Part shown: in pieces, positions 1 through 13,084 of the stretch
Layout: the number at the start of each line of letters is the position of its first letter
Numbering within the stretch: the stretch's first letter is position 1
Origin: Eledone cirrhosa
Taxonomy: Eukaryota
Reading direction: 5' to 3'
NCBI GenBank assembly: GCA_964016885.1
Contig: CAXHJY010001058.1
Location: 23,057-87,056, forward strand
DNA: 64,000 nucleotides
Program-made: the position numbers and the translations under genes
Notes under the pieces: generated by a model
Told to the model about the DNA's origin: nothing
What the model saw: only the letters and a program-made list of their open reading frames with translations
The model's database searches: none

Positions 1-96
1 TATTCTATTCTATAGCGATTAGGTCTTCAAAATGTTTATTATAAACATACAGAATATTTTCGAATATTCTATGTCTATATTCATATATATATATAT

Positions 97-1183
97 ATAT
101 AATCAAGGTTTAGCAAATAAGGAAAAAGTTTCAAAATAAATTTTAAAAAAATTAACTTTATTTACGATAGTTACCTTTACCGAATCGGTTTCGAATCTCA
201 AAAATAAACGGAGTCCATACGGCCTTCGTTGCAAAGAAAGATTCTCGTCAGGAGGTTCTTTTCATTGAAAGAATATAAAATTCTTGGATTTAAATTACGA
301 ACTAGCGCTAACCAAAACTGTTCCCGAGATGAGAGTAAATGAAGTGGAATCAATTTTTTTCAAGGGCTGAGTGCAAAGATAGATGCAGAGGCAGGGAGGT
401 CAGTCGGCTACCGCTATAACTAGCAGCAGTCAGAACGACCAAGTTTTTTCTCAACATAGAGGAGAATAGTAATAATAGAATATGTGTTCCTACACGCACA
501 AGGCGCTAAGGGACACATGTATTGTCCAACCATATGCCAATGTGGTTCAATGGCAGGTTAATAAATTAACGAGCCAGAACATATAATCAAAGATAGAGGC
601 AGAGGCAGGGAGGTCAGGTTAATAACCTGCCATTGAACCACATTGGCATATGGTTGGACAATACATGTGTCCCTTAGCGCCTTGTGCGTGTAGGAACACA
701 TATTCTATTATTACTAATCTCCTCTATGTTGAGAAAAAACTTGGTCGTTCTGACTGCTGCTAGTTATAGCGGTAGCCGACTTACCTCTCTGCCTCTATCT
801 TTGCACTCGGCCCTTGAAAAAATTGATTCCACTTCATTTACTCTCATCTCGGGAACAGTTTTGGTTAGCGCTAGTTCGTAATTTAAATCCAAGAATTTTA
901 TATTCTTTGAATGAAAAGAACCTCCTGACGAGAATCTTTCTTTGCAACGAAGGCCGTATGGACTCCGTTTATTTTTGAGATTCGAAACCGATTCGGTAAA
1001 GGTAACTATCGTAAGTAAAGTTAATTTTTTAAAATTTATTTTGAAACTTTTTCCTTATTTGCTAAACCTTGATTATATATGCTCTGGCTCGTTAATTTAT
1101 TAACCTGCCATTGAACCACATTGGCATATGGTTGGACAATACATGTGCTCCTTAGCGCCTTGTGCGTGTAGGAACACATATTC

Positions 1184-1190
<7 letters not shown>
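97..1190. mobile_element. Retrozyme-like non-autonomous element, 478-nt unit, as an inverted pair (minus copy ~97-590; plus copy ~621-1190, about 1.2 units)
   Basis: 97-560 is the reverse complement of 621-1080. TAACCTGCCATTGAACC recurs at 623 and 1101 (period 478). ATATAATCAA bounds the left copy at both ends. Contains an HHR, has no real ORF, and is flanked by (TA)n. Confidence 0.8.
920..1003 (+). ncRNA. Type I hammerhead ribozyme (mirror copy on minus strand at ~173-256)
   Basis: ACCT-C | CTGACGA (925-931) | stem II GAATCT...AGATTC with long insert | GAAA (984-987) | stem III ACCG-ATT-CGGT | cleavage triplet GTA (996-998) | AAGGT. Confidence 0.85.
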
Positions 1191-1226
<36 letters not shown>

Positions 1227-1602
1227 TATATATACATATATATATACACATATATATATATACATATATATATACACATATATATATATACATATATATA
1301 TATACATATATATATACATCTATATATATGCATGTGTGTATATATATATATATACAAATAATAATAATATAATGATGTTGTTAATGTGTATAAGCAAATC
1401 GTCAGTGTTAAATACTGACATTAATTAGAGAGGAGATATTTTTATGTTTAATAAATAGCTTTCATCAGTGCATAATTTATGGCAGGTGATTCCTGACGAG
1501 AATAATACAACATACATTACACCTACTTCTTCACTATACAGTTTAGTACCCTATTACACAGATGACGCACACATACACACACACACACACACACCTACAC
1601 AC

Positions 1603-1633
<31 letters not shown>

Positions 1634-4436
1634 CATACATACAATTTATGTTAGAAGAATTAAGATGGCATCGATCGACAGACCGCCTCTGTATCAATTC
1701 TTTGGTTATATTTAGCAGCAATCTAGTAGTTATTACTAAAGAAGAAGAAGAAGAAAAAGAAAAAGAAAAAGAAAAAGAAAAAGAAAAAACGAAAAAGATA
1801 AAGAAAAAAAGAAAAAGAAAAAGAAAAAGAAGAAGAAGAAGATGGTGACGACGACAATCTGTAAGCAAAAACATTTGTAAACATTGAAATATGATTTATC
1901 GAGATTTCATCCAGCTAGACTGTCTAAGAAACGTTAGAAAACTGGTGGAGCCTTTATCTGTCTATTGCGATGTGACATCACGTGAGATTTTCATATCTTA
2001 CATAACACGTTTATAAAACACACTTCTCCGAGAGATAGAGTGGCATAATCTTTAATCAGTAATATAAGGTAACGCAAGAACTATAATTGTCCAATTGATC
2101 GTCAAATTGTTAATATTATCATTTTTAAAATTCACTTGTTTAGATCGTGAAGTTGCAAATCGTCTTTTTGAGTGTTTGAATGTATACATATGTTGTGCGA
2201 ATCTATGTATAAGAGATTTAAAGGAAATTCTATATAGCTTTTTGTTTCACTTTTATTGAAAGGGGAGACTTTCATTGTACTTTTTCATTAACTTATTTAC
2301 CATATATTATCGCCGGACAATACATGTCAGAAATATCATACACGAACACAGACATACACATATACAAACAGCCACGTAAGTCCACATAGAGAAACGTTCA
2401 AACTATGTCAATTCCGTTACATTTTTCTCATAGATTATTCCAATAGCGTAACAGCTGACTATATTTAATTGCAGTTAATATCAGTAAAAGACAACAAACT
2501 TCGTGCAGTCTCAAGGTCTTCCACCTATGACTGTCAGGCAATAAATACTAAATTTACGATGTATATCCCTTGCTCACAATACATAAACAGTGACACACAT
2601 ACGTGTTTTTATATATATATGTGTGTATGTATGTATGTGTGAATGCATATATATATGTATGCATGTATGTGTGTATGCATATATATATGTATGCATGTAT
2701 GTGTGTGATGTATGTGTATAGTATATACGTATGTATGTATGTATGTATGTATGTATGTATGTATGTATGTATGTATGTATGTATGTATGTATGTATATGA
2801 CCTGTATAGGCACTAGTTGTAACAGAGGGTGAAAACCACATCGGAGGCAATGTATAAATTATTTATTTATGTATGGACAGTTTTATGGACACAAAAGTTT
2901 TATGGACACAAAAGGACTGATCCCTTTATATATATATATATATAATCTACATATTTATACAGTGATATGTCCCGGGTGAATATTTTGAGGTTGCTACTTC
3001 AACCTCGGTTGACATGAATCTCAGTAATTGGCTGTTTGAAGAGGTCGTATCTATTACATAATTGATACCATTGAAATGTGTATAATAGCAATGACGTTAT
3101 AAATAAAATGATGTAAAATTCCAGAATACTGCTTTATTCTTCATTATTATACAAAAGCTCCGTCATACATAAACCTGCTTGATTACATCGCAGTCTCGAA
3201 TGTATAATACGTCGAGTGCTGAAATCTACACACAGAAGTACTAGTTGATCAATGCGCACAACTGAGAAACAAATGCAGATTGACGAACAGGAACGTATCA
3301 TATATATATATGTATATATATATATATAGAAAGAGAGAGAAAGACAGACTGGCAAAGAAAGGGAGAGAGATATGTGTGTATGTGTGTGTCTATGTATGGA
3401 TTTTAAACCCACATATAGACACATACATTTATTTATATGAGTGCGTGTGAAATTTGTGGGTGGCTGCACTAGTCCCCGCTTATAAGTGTCGGCATTCGAT
3501 TAGTTTATATGTGCATTTAGACTTGTATGTGTATGAGCGTGTATATTTTTGAGTGTGTATCTATATGTGTGTGTGGGTGAGTTGTGTGTGTATGTTTGTG
3601 TATGTGAGAATGCAGATGTAGCAATATCTACGTGGAATGATATCGCAAACGATTTTTGTGCTGAATAAATTTAAACAAAAGTATATAAAATACATCTAAA
3701 AAAACTCATAAGATTTAGTTCCAAAGTAAGGGCAGACAAATTTTGGGGTAAATATAGGAGATTAAGATAGATTTAAGTATATAAAATATATACATGTCCA
3801 TATTTATTTTTTTTTTAACATATATACATAAATAGAGACAGAGAAAAGAGACAACAGAACAGACATAAACACATATACACACATACACCCACACAGAGAA
3901 ACGAGAAACCTATGCAGGGTAGTGCGTACATACCCACGCATACATATTCGTTTTTCGTTCGAGCTTTCAAAAATGTGTGTGCATACGTATCTATATATAT
4001 ATACATACACAATGAAACCAAAGAAAATACTTTTTGGAGATGCAGGCGGGTGGTGGTTCTATATTTGACATTAAAATCAATAGAGAGAAATAATGGAATA
4101 GATGTGGGCATGTGAGCGGGTGGATGTATGTTAGCGCACGCATATATATATGTGTGTTTATGTGTGCGTGTGTGTGTGTATGTAGTTAAGTACGTATGTA
4201 TGTGAGTGTATATATGCGAGTATGTTTACGTTTTAGTGTGTTTTATAACGAATTCCAAAGATCAATATATCACCTTGAATGCAAGTTTCTTCAAAATGTG
4301 GACTACTTATTTATATTTATATTTTTGTTCATATGTTCATTCAATCATATCCCTCCTCATATGCTACATTCATAAGAAACGGAGCCCTAACGTCTTTTCC
4401 CTCGCCTACCCCCACCGTGATCAAGGAGCTAAGATA

Positions 4437-4469
<33 letters not shown>

Positions 4470-4554
4470 AATAAACGATTTTACAGGAATATTGAACTAC
4501 TGTGACATGTTAACTATGCGAGGTACTCAATGAAATTATATATATATATACTTT

Positions 4555-4742
4555 GTGGATTGGCAGTATTGGTAGAGGGTCGGACGCCATGCTTTGACGC
4601 ATAGAGTTACGGCCCTTGCCATTCTGAGTTCAAATCCCGCCGAGGTTAACTTTGCCTTTCATCCTTACGGGGTCGATAAAATAAAGTACCAGTAATACAC
4701 TGGGTAATTGCTGGCATTGTGCCAAAAGTAGAAACAATTATT
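4555..4742 (+). mobile_element. tRNA-derived SINE, family A (Octopus OK/OR-like)
   Basis: TGGCAGTATTGGTAGAG (A-box-like) and GAGTTCAAATCCC (B-box-like), then the family body TTTGCCTTTCATCCTTACGGGGTCGATAAAATAAAGTACCAG and an (ATT)n tail. Confidence 0.85.
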
Positions 4743-5106
4743 ATTCTCCTCTTGGTCGAGAAAAAAATTTGGTCGTTCTGACTGCTGCTAGTTATAGTGG
4801 TAGTAAGTTAACCTCCCTGCCTTTGCCTCTATCTTTACACACGGCACTGGACAGAATTGCTCCCACATCATTCATTCTCATCTCGGGAACAATTTTGAAT
4901 AGCGCCAGTTCGTAATTTGAACTCGGGAATTTTATATTCTCCGAGTGAAAAGATCCTTCTGACGAGACTTTATCTTTGCAACGGATGCCGTATGGACTAT
5001 CCGTTTATTTTTGAGACTCGAAACCGATTCGGTAAAGGTAACCAAAGTGAGTAAAGTTAATTTTTTAAAATTTATTTTGAAACTTTTTCTTAGTTGCTAA
5101 ACCTTG

Positions 5107-5110
<4 letters not shown>
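4738..5110 (+). mobile_element. Diverged third copy of the 478-nt retrozyme-like family, with HHR at 4955-5038
   Basis: Colinear with 705-1080. HHR reads CCTT-CTGACGA...CTC-GAAA-CCGATTCGG-TA-AAGG with a perfect stem I (CCTT/AAGG). Ends in (TA)n. Confidence 0.85.
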
Positions 5111-5165
<55 letters not shown>

Positions 5166-5729
5166 CATAAACATACTGTATATGTATAGCAACATACAGC
5201 TTTATTCTCAACCACGATATGTTAGTTCCATTGCTAATAAATATAAATACCCGAGACTGAACGAAGGAAACGGCATGAAGAAATCAGCTATGAAAGAGAA
5301 CCTCCAGCAAGGGAACTACAAAAGAGTGTGTATAGTAATAAATTGTGAGGTGTATGCTAATAACATACAAAGCTAGTAACATACATATGGTAGTAAGTTA
5401 CAAAGCAATACTCGTCGTTACATACAATTTCAGTATCATCAATTGGAAAATTAACATCCAAAAACTCGACACCAAGCTAAAAAAGGTTCTAAACACAGAG
5501 AAGTTAAAAGAAGTGTGTCCTAAGACACGAGGCTCATCAGGACAGGGCGTATCTTCTTTTGTTTTCTGGTGTTAAGCGACTAACAGTACAGGACTTTCCC
5601 CTTAACAGGACACCAGTCCATTGTATGGATATCCCCCAGTTCCTGCTGGTACTCATTTTCAGTTGAGTGAACTGGAACGATGTAAATGTTCTAAGCCGAA
5701 AATTGTGTTTTCCGAAGCTCTACCAGTAG

Positions 5730-6040
5730 TACTTTATTTGAACTTGTGTCGACATTCACCCTGGAAGGGTTGAGCTGGCCACTTCCCTTGTCCTGACAGC
5801 ATCCCAAACCATGGCGGCCCATGCACGAATTTCCCGGGCTAGGTCACTGGAGATAGCGAGCCAGTCACGGTTCCATCGGCGCAGGCCGACCAGAGAGTTC
5901 GGAGAGGGCCTCCTTTATCGTCGCTGCCCATGTCTTCAGCTGCCCGCCAACGCGCTTGCGCCAATTAGGGAGTGGGAAGAGAACATCGAGCGGTCAACTC
6001 ACCCTCAGGGCACCGGGCTGCGTGACCAAACCATCTAGCG
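5730..6040 (-). mobile_element. RTE-clade LINE 3' fragment
   Basis: GC-rich island. The minus strand translates to LPNWRKRVGGQLKTWAATIKEAL...LRRWNRDWL..SSDLAREIRAWAAMV, typical of an RTE ORF2 C-terminus. Confidence 0.7.
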
Positions 6041-6059
6041 GTAGTGCCAATCCACCATA

Positions 6060-6254
6060 ATAATTATTGTTTCTACTTTTGGCACAAGGCCAGCAATTAT
6101 CCCAGTGCATTACTGGTACTTATTTTATCGACCCCGTAAGGATGAAAGGCAAAGTTAGCCTCGGTGGGATTTGAAATCAGAACGTAAATGGCCGTAACTC
6201 TATGCTGCAAAGCATGGTCTCTGACGCTCTACCGATACTGCCAATCCACCGCCC

Positions 6255-6285
<31 letters not shown>

Positions 6286-6620
6286 TGTTTCTATATTTGC
6301 ACAAGGCCAGTAATTTTAAGGAAGGGGAAAGTCAATTAAATCGATCTCAGTGCATTACTGGTGTTTTATTTATCGATCCCCGTAAGGATGAAAGGCAAAG
6401 TTAACCTCAGCGGGATTTGAACTCAGAACGCAAAGGGCCGTAATTCCATGCTGAATAATAACAAATGATTTAGGCACAAGACCAGTAATTTAGTTGTGGA
6501 TGGGTTTATTATATAGACCTTGACTCATGTTTTATTGATTCTAGGAACAATGAAAGGCCAAGTTGACTTTAAACTCAGAACCTAAAGAGTTGACATTTTC
6601 CCCTGACTCTCTAACATTTC
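6060..6620 (-). mobile_element. Cluster of three SINE-A copies (~6062-6258, ~6285-6452, degenerate ~6470-6620)
   Basis: Repeated GGCACAAGGCCAG...TACTGGTACTT...ATCGACCCCGTAAGGATGAAAGGCAAAG...GGATTTGAACTCAG, separated by (AAT)n tails. Confidence 0.85.
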
Positions 6621-6679
6621 TGCTGATCCACAAACAGCATTACACATATCCATAGCACACAGTACTGTACTGAAAATGA

Positions 6680-6960
6680 AAGCTACCCTCCGAGGCACAA
6701 ATCTGAGTAAGGTTTTTTGTGGAAGACCACCCATACATACCAGCCACCGCTCTCCATGCCAATGATGTTGTCCGAGGGAAAGGCAGAAGCCGATACAACT
6801 TGGCACCAGTGACGTCGCAACACATTTCTACAGCTGAGTAAACTGGAACAACGTGAAATAAAGTGTCTTGCTAAAGAACACAACGCAAAGCCAAGTCTGA
6901 GAATCGAACTCACAACCACATGACTGTAAGCCCGACGCTCTAACCACCAAGCCCTGCACA
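6680..6960 (-). mobile_element. SINE family B (tRNA head plus central domain); relatives at ~5550-5690, 26390-26790, 52430-52570, 60340-60600
   Basis: CAGCTGAGTAAACTGGAACAACGTGAAATAAAGTGTCTTGCT...GAATCGAACTCACAACC...CTCTAACCAC; shared in whole or part among the copies, with a reverse B-box. Confidence 0.7.
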
Positions 6961-7181
6961 TTAGCATGGTAATGCAGTGACATCACACAATGATAATAAG
7001 ACTAATGATAATATTAATAATTATTCTGAATTGTAAACAATGGTTTCTTTATTGATTGGACATATAACTATTTTAATCCTATTAATGTTTTTATGTATCT
7101 AAAATTTCAATGAATTTGTTTTTAGTTTTCTTTTACTGATTTTACTTTTCAGATATGGATTGTATAACCTGCATTGACTGT

Positions 7182-7227
<46 letters not shown>

Positions 7228-7494
7228 ATGGAAATTGTGTTTTTATGAAGAAGAAATCGAAGGAATATCATTGTCATTTGTTGTTCTACGTTTAGAATTT
7301 CAGAAAATATATTCTTTTATTGTTTGAATTCACTGAAGAATACAAAACGAAACATAGCAAAACAAAATGAATGAAAAAATTAAAGAAAATTGAGAAAATC
7401 TATTTGTTTGCTAAGGAAAAAATTATCAAACAATTATTTCCCTTTAGAGACCAAATATGACGTCATTAATTTCCTTTCTGTGAATTTCTTGTGT

Positions 7495-7559
<65 letters not shown>

Positions 7560-7779
7560 TGTGCGTGCGTGTATATATATATATATGAATAAATGAGCCT
7601 GTGTTTTTGTATGTGTGTGTGTTATTGAAGATTTTTTTAAGCCATGGTTTGTTATATACAAAGAAATATAATGCTGAGTTAGCAATTTAGATAATCTCTA
7701 TCAATTTCAATATCCGTATGTTTAGACTTTGTATTTTTTACAGCAATTTATGCACAAAACCTGCTATTTTAAGGAAGGT

Positions 7780-9632
7780 GGGAGTCAATCATATTGATTA
7801 AAGTGTTTGACTGGAACTTTATTTTATCAAACGCACAAAGATGAAAGGCAAAATTTTCTTCGACGGGAATTGAACTCAGAATTTTAAAAGGTGTATAAAA
7901 TATCGCAAAGCATTTTCTTCGATCTCTAATGACTTTGCCGATCGTCCACAATATCCAGAGCTCTAATAGTACTTTCTAGCATTGGCACAAAGCCAGCTAT
8001 TTGGGAGAAGAGGTAAGTTAATTAACTGCTACTTTTATTTTATCAACCCCGGCGAGATTTGAACACAGAATGAAGAACACGTATGTCCGATAATAATTAT
8101 TTCTAATATTGACATAAGACCAGTGCTTTGAAGGAAAAGTAAGTGGGGAAACATTTTATTTCAAGCCATGTACATAACTGGTACTTTATTTAAATGACTC
8201 CTAAAAGATGAAAGGTTAAGTTGACCTCGGCGGGATTTGAACTCAGAACGTAGACGGTTGAAAATAAATGCCAACAAGAATTTTGTCCGACGCGCTAACG
8301 GTATTGCCAATCCTCACCCTTATAAAAAGTAATTAGCAATAATAATTGTTTCTACTTTTGGCACAAGGCCAGCAATTATCCCAGTGTATTACTGGTGCTT
8401 TATTGTATCGACCCCGTAACGATGAAAGGCAAAGCTAACCTCGGCGGGATTTGAACTCGGACAATGATAATAATAATCATTCCTAACTTTTGCATAAGGC
8501 CAACAAGTGGAGGGAAGTGAAAAGGTGGTTATATCGACTCTAGTACTTGACTGATACTTTATTTTATTGACCCCAGACGTATGAAAGACAGAGTTGATCT
8601 CAGTATGATTTGAACCCTGAGTGCAGTGAGCCCGTCAAATACTGATACATTTAATCCGACACCCAAACAATGTTGCTAATTTGCCACCTTAATGCAACAC
8701 GAACAGAATATATAATTACTGCCTATGTTTACTTTATATATTGACATATGCAAACTGTCTAAACTTGTGGCAATCGGTCAGAGAAATATCTGAAGAGGGG
8801 CCTATTCTCAGTTTCCATTAGCATGACAGCCCTGCTATCGTAAAATATCAATCAATACTTTTGTTTGTCTTTCTCGTTTTATAGCTAGATTTCATTTATT
8901 TATTTACTTACTTCTTTATTCATGTAGTTATTACTATGATTATCAAGGGTGATAGGGCGATTGATTGGCAGTATCGGTAGAGCGTCGGACAATATGCTTT
9001 GCAGCATAGAGATATGGCCCTTTACGCTCTAAGTTCAAATCTCACCGAGGTTAGCTTTGCCTTTCGTCCTACGGGGTCGATGAAATAAAGTACTAGTAAT
9101 GCACTGGGATCTATTTAATCAACCTTCCCCTACCGCCAAATTACTGGCCTTGTGCCTAAATCAGAAACCATTATGATTATCAAGGTGGTAGGGCGTTGGA
9201 TTGGCAGAATCGTTAGAGCGTTGCGGAAAATGTTTTGTGGCATTCGTTCCTGCTCTTTACATTTAAATTCGAATCTCACCGAAGTTATCTTTGCCTTTCA
9301 TCCTTACGGGGTCGATAAAATAAAGTACCAGTCACGCACTGGGATCGATTGAATCGACTTTCATTCCCCAAAATTGCTGGCCTTGTGCCTATATAAGAAA
9401 CCATTATTATGAAGGAAGGTGAATTAGCAGAGTTATTAATGCGCAGGACTAATGCTTAGTAGTATTTCTTCAGGCTCTTATCTTCTGAGTTCGAATCCCA
9501 TCGAGGTAAACTTTGTTTTTCATCCTTCCAGGAATCGATAAAATAAAATAAAGGTGGTCATGTACTGGGGTTAATCGAATTTGTTAGCCTCCCTAGATTG
9601 CAGGCCATGTACCTAAATTAAAAGTCATTATT
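7780..9632. mobile_element. Dense SINE-A cluster: about 5 minus copies (7780-8690) and 3 tandem plus copies (8945-9632)
   Basis: Same consensus as 4555-4742 at varying divergence, arranged head-to-tail into (AAT/ATT)n tails. Confidence 0.8.
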
Positions 9633-10514
9633 ATTCCGCCCTTGTCTTCGCTCCTAGGGTAACTACTCCCAACACAATTAAATTGGCAGTCTAACTTCAT
9701 AGAAGCAACACTGTGTCTAACATAGACAACGAACAATGTATCACAATCATCAATAACTACTACACCATGAATAGAACAATAACCACTCCTAGATTCCTTA
9801 TTATTAATGTTATATCTTTGTTCTTTGTCCTTGACTTCTTAGTTAACTAGCTCACAACACAAGGATTGGCGTATTAACATTATGGAAAAACACACAATGT
9901 CCAAAAGCCGACTGGGTCTTAAAACTAGACACACGGGCATCCAGAAGACACTGACTAACAAGCAGATTACTTGTGATGACCAGAAGTATGTTTTCACTGC
10001 TCAGCTAAGCAAACCTGCCAACTCTCCCCATCCGACGGGGAGATCTGCCACGCACTTTGGGGTGAGTGAAATATGTCTTCTCTTGCGAAAATGGGTAGAG
10101 CTTCCATTATGTAAAATTTCCCCATTTTACCTCATTTCTCCCCGTTTTGGGGCACTTTTTTCGTGGTACTCCCCATTTGGGCTTTTAGAGGTTGTCAATT
10201 ACCGTTTTAGCTTGTTTTTCTTTTCCTTGTCCAGCCCAGTGGACTTTGGCGAAATGCCTGTATGGTCAGTCCGAATCAAATGGTGGTTAACAGACAATTA
10301 ACAACGTTACGCAATCCTCATCAACAACAACAACAACAATACAAAGAACATAAAACCACTACCAACATAATTAGTGTCGCTATAGTCTTATCTTTCTCCC
10401 TTATCACCTCCTGTAAAACAAGTTTCGATATTTACATAACTTGTATGAAAGACACCTGACAAGATCTATAATTAATTTTTCATAATAAAGTGCTTGGACA
10501 TACACATATATGTC

Positions 10515-10586
<72 letters not shown>

Positions 10587-10954
10587 ATTTATGTATAGAC
10601 AGTAATTAAACCTTTTTTCTGTCTAGAGTTGATATTGAGTCATTGGTAATAAGTGTGAACGAAGTTTGTAGATCGAATTCAGTTAAAGATGGGACACCAA
10701 TGCCATCGGCATATGGTAGCCCCGAGTTGTGTACAGTCCTGCTGTGGGGCAACTTGGGGTATGTGTCTTCTATCAAAGCTTCGAAGACACTACCAGTTTT
10801 CTCTTCAGAAAATAAATTTCACTCTCTGTATTCTATCCACATTTATTGAGGGTTCATTCAAGTAAATGTCTGAATACTTTATGTACAATGGTATTTAAGA
10901 CACTTCAGTATTTGTGTGTGTGGGGGGGGGCGTGTGAGTGTGTGCACGCGCGCG

Positions 10955-10988
<34 letters not shown>

Positions 10989-11727
10989 CATACATATACA
11001 TATATATATATATACATATACATATACATATATATACATATACATATATATACATATACATATATACATATATATATACATATACATATATATATATACA
11101 TATACATATATATATATACATATATATATATACATATACATATATATATATACATATACATATATATATATACATATACATATATATATATACATATACA
11201 TATATATATATACATATACATATATATACATATACATATATATATATACATATATATATATATACATATATATATATACATATATACATATACATATATA
11301 TACATATACATATACATATATATATACATATATATATACATATACATATATATATACATATACATATATATATATACATATACATATATATATATACATA
11401 TACATATATATATATATACATATATATATATACATATACATATATATATACATATATATATATACATATACATATATATATATATACATATACATATATA
11501 TATATACATATATATATATACATATACATATATATATATACATATACATATATACATATACATATATATATATACATATACATATATACATATATATATA
11601 TACATATACATATATACATATACATATATACATATACATATACATATATACATATATATATACATATATATATATACATATATATATATACATATACATA
11701 TATATATACATATATATATACATATAC

Positions 11728-11758
<31 letters not shown>

Positions 11759-11807
11759 CATATATATATATACATATACATATATACATATATATATATA
11801 CATATAC

Positions 11808-11838
<31 letters not shown>

Positions 11839-11913
11839 TATATATATATATACACATATACATATACATATATATATACATATACATATATATATATACA
11901 TATACATATATAC

Positions 11914-11962
<49 letters not shown>

Positions 11963-11987
11963 TATATATATATATATACACATATAC

Positions 11988-12018
<31 letters not shown>

Positions 12019-12053
12019 CATATATATATATACATATACATATATACATATAC

Positions 12054-12084
<31 letters not shown>

Positions 12085-12121
12085 TATATATATATACACA
12101 TATACATATATATATATACAC

Positions 12122-12168
<47 letters not shown>

Positions 12169-12190
12169 TATACATATATATATATATGTG
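10955..12190. repeat. Compound (TA)n/(TACA)n microsatellite, ~1.2 kb
   Basis: Pure T/A/C dinucleotide mosaic; it generates the 418-453 aa YI ORFs. Confidence 0.97.
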
Positions 12191-12823
12191 TGTGCGTGTG
12201 TGTGTAAGAATAACATTAATAAAGATGCTGATATTACATAAATCGTTTATTCATAATAATTATTTCAACAGTTCTCGTATGCAATCCAAAATGTAATTCA
12301 TATATTTGTTGTTGTTATGAGTACGGAATCCTCAGATGAAAATTCAGTCAACTGTACGTTAATTTCATGAGTAGGATGCTCGGTTGTTCGAACTAGAACA
12401 CCTGTCATTGGAACCCTAGGACATCCAACATGAGTATGTGTGTGTGTATATATATATATCTGTGTGTGTATATATGTCTGTGTGTGTGCATATATGCCTG
12501 TGTGTGTGTATGTGTTGGAGATGTGCCTGTGCGCGTGTGTATGTTAGGGATGATTCTGAAAAGAAAATGAGGTCGGGGTGGTGGATGGAGGGAAATGAGG
12601 TTCGGTTGTAGGTAAAGATTTCTTTTAAAATGGTGTCAGGCTGAAATATTTCAAAACAAATGAAAAAGCACAACAAAATAAAACATTATGACATTGAATC
12701 TATTTCAAGATTTTCATTTCAAAAAGCAACAACAACAATAAAAACAATATTCATAAACAATACTAATAAATAAACAACAACATCAACAACAACATCAGCA
12801 ATAAAAATAAAATAACAACTCAC

Positions 12824-13044
12824 CCACTTCCAAATGGGTTAATGGATATTTGATCTTCATTTAGAAGGTAGAGAGTTGAGGTGTTGCAGGAAATATTCGG
12901 TAGTGAAATAGAGAAGATGGGGGGATGGGGGTGAGATGATGTTGACTATCTGTAATACATTCCTTCCGGTTTGTGTCAACGTCGTTCAGGTTCAAGTTGT
13001 TTCTTTTTTTTAAATTTCTATATGGTAAGATTCCTTCCGTTTTA
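12824..13044 (-). other. Candidate spliced exon of an unknown, possibly non-coding transcript
   Basis: On the minus strand, acceptor TTATTATTATTTCAG and donor TGG|GTGAGT bracket non-repetitive sequence. No frame is open throughout. Confidence 0.35.
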
Positions 13045-13084
13045 CTGAAATAATAATAAGAAGAATATCGATAATAATAATACT

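Noticed and set aside
4555-4640. SINE heads as tRNA genes
   Set aside because: A/B-box-like motifs only; they continue into the SINE body and no full cloverleaf is evident.
8786-8850. HHR-like remnants at 8790 (CTGAAGAGGGG), 1493, 25450, 26938 and 40370-40430
   Set aside because: Missing GAAA, CTGA box or stems; may be decayed copies but cannot be supported individually.
10846-12296. 418-453 aa Tyr/Ile ORFs in all six frames (likewise at 23.1, 27.3 and 53.3 kb)
   Set aside because: Translations of (TA)/(TACA) microsatellites, which lack stop codons by composition.
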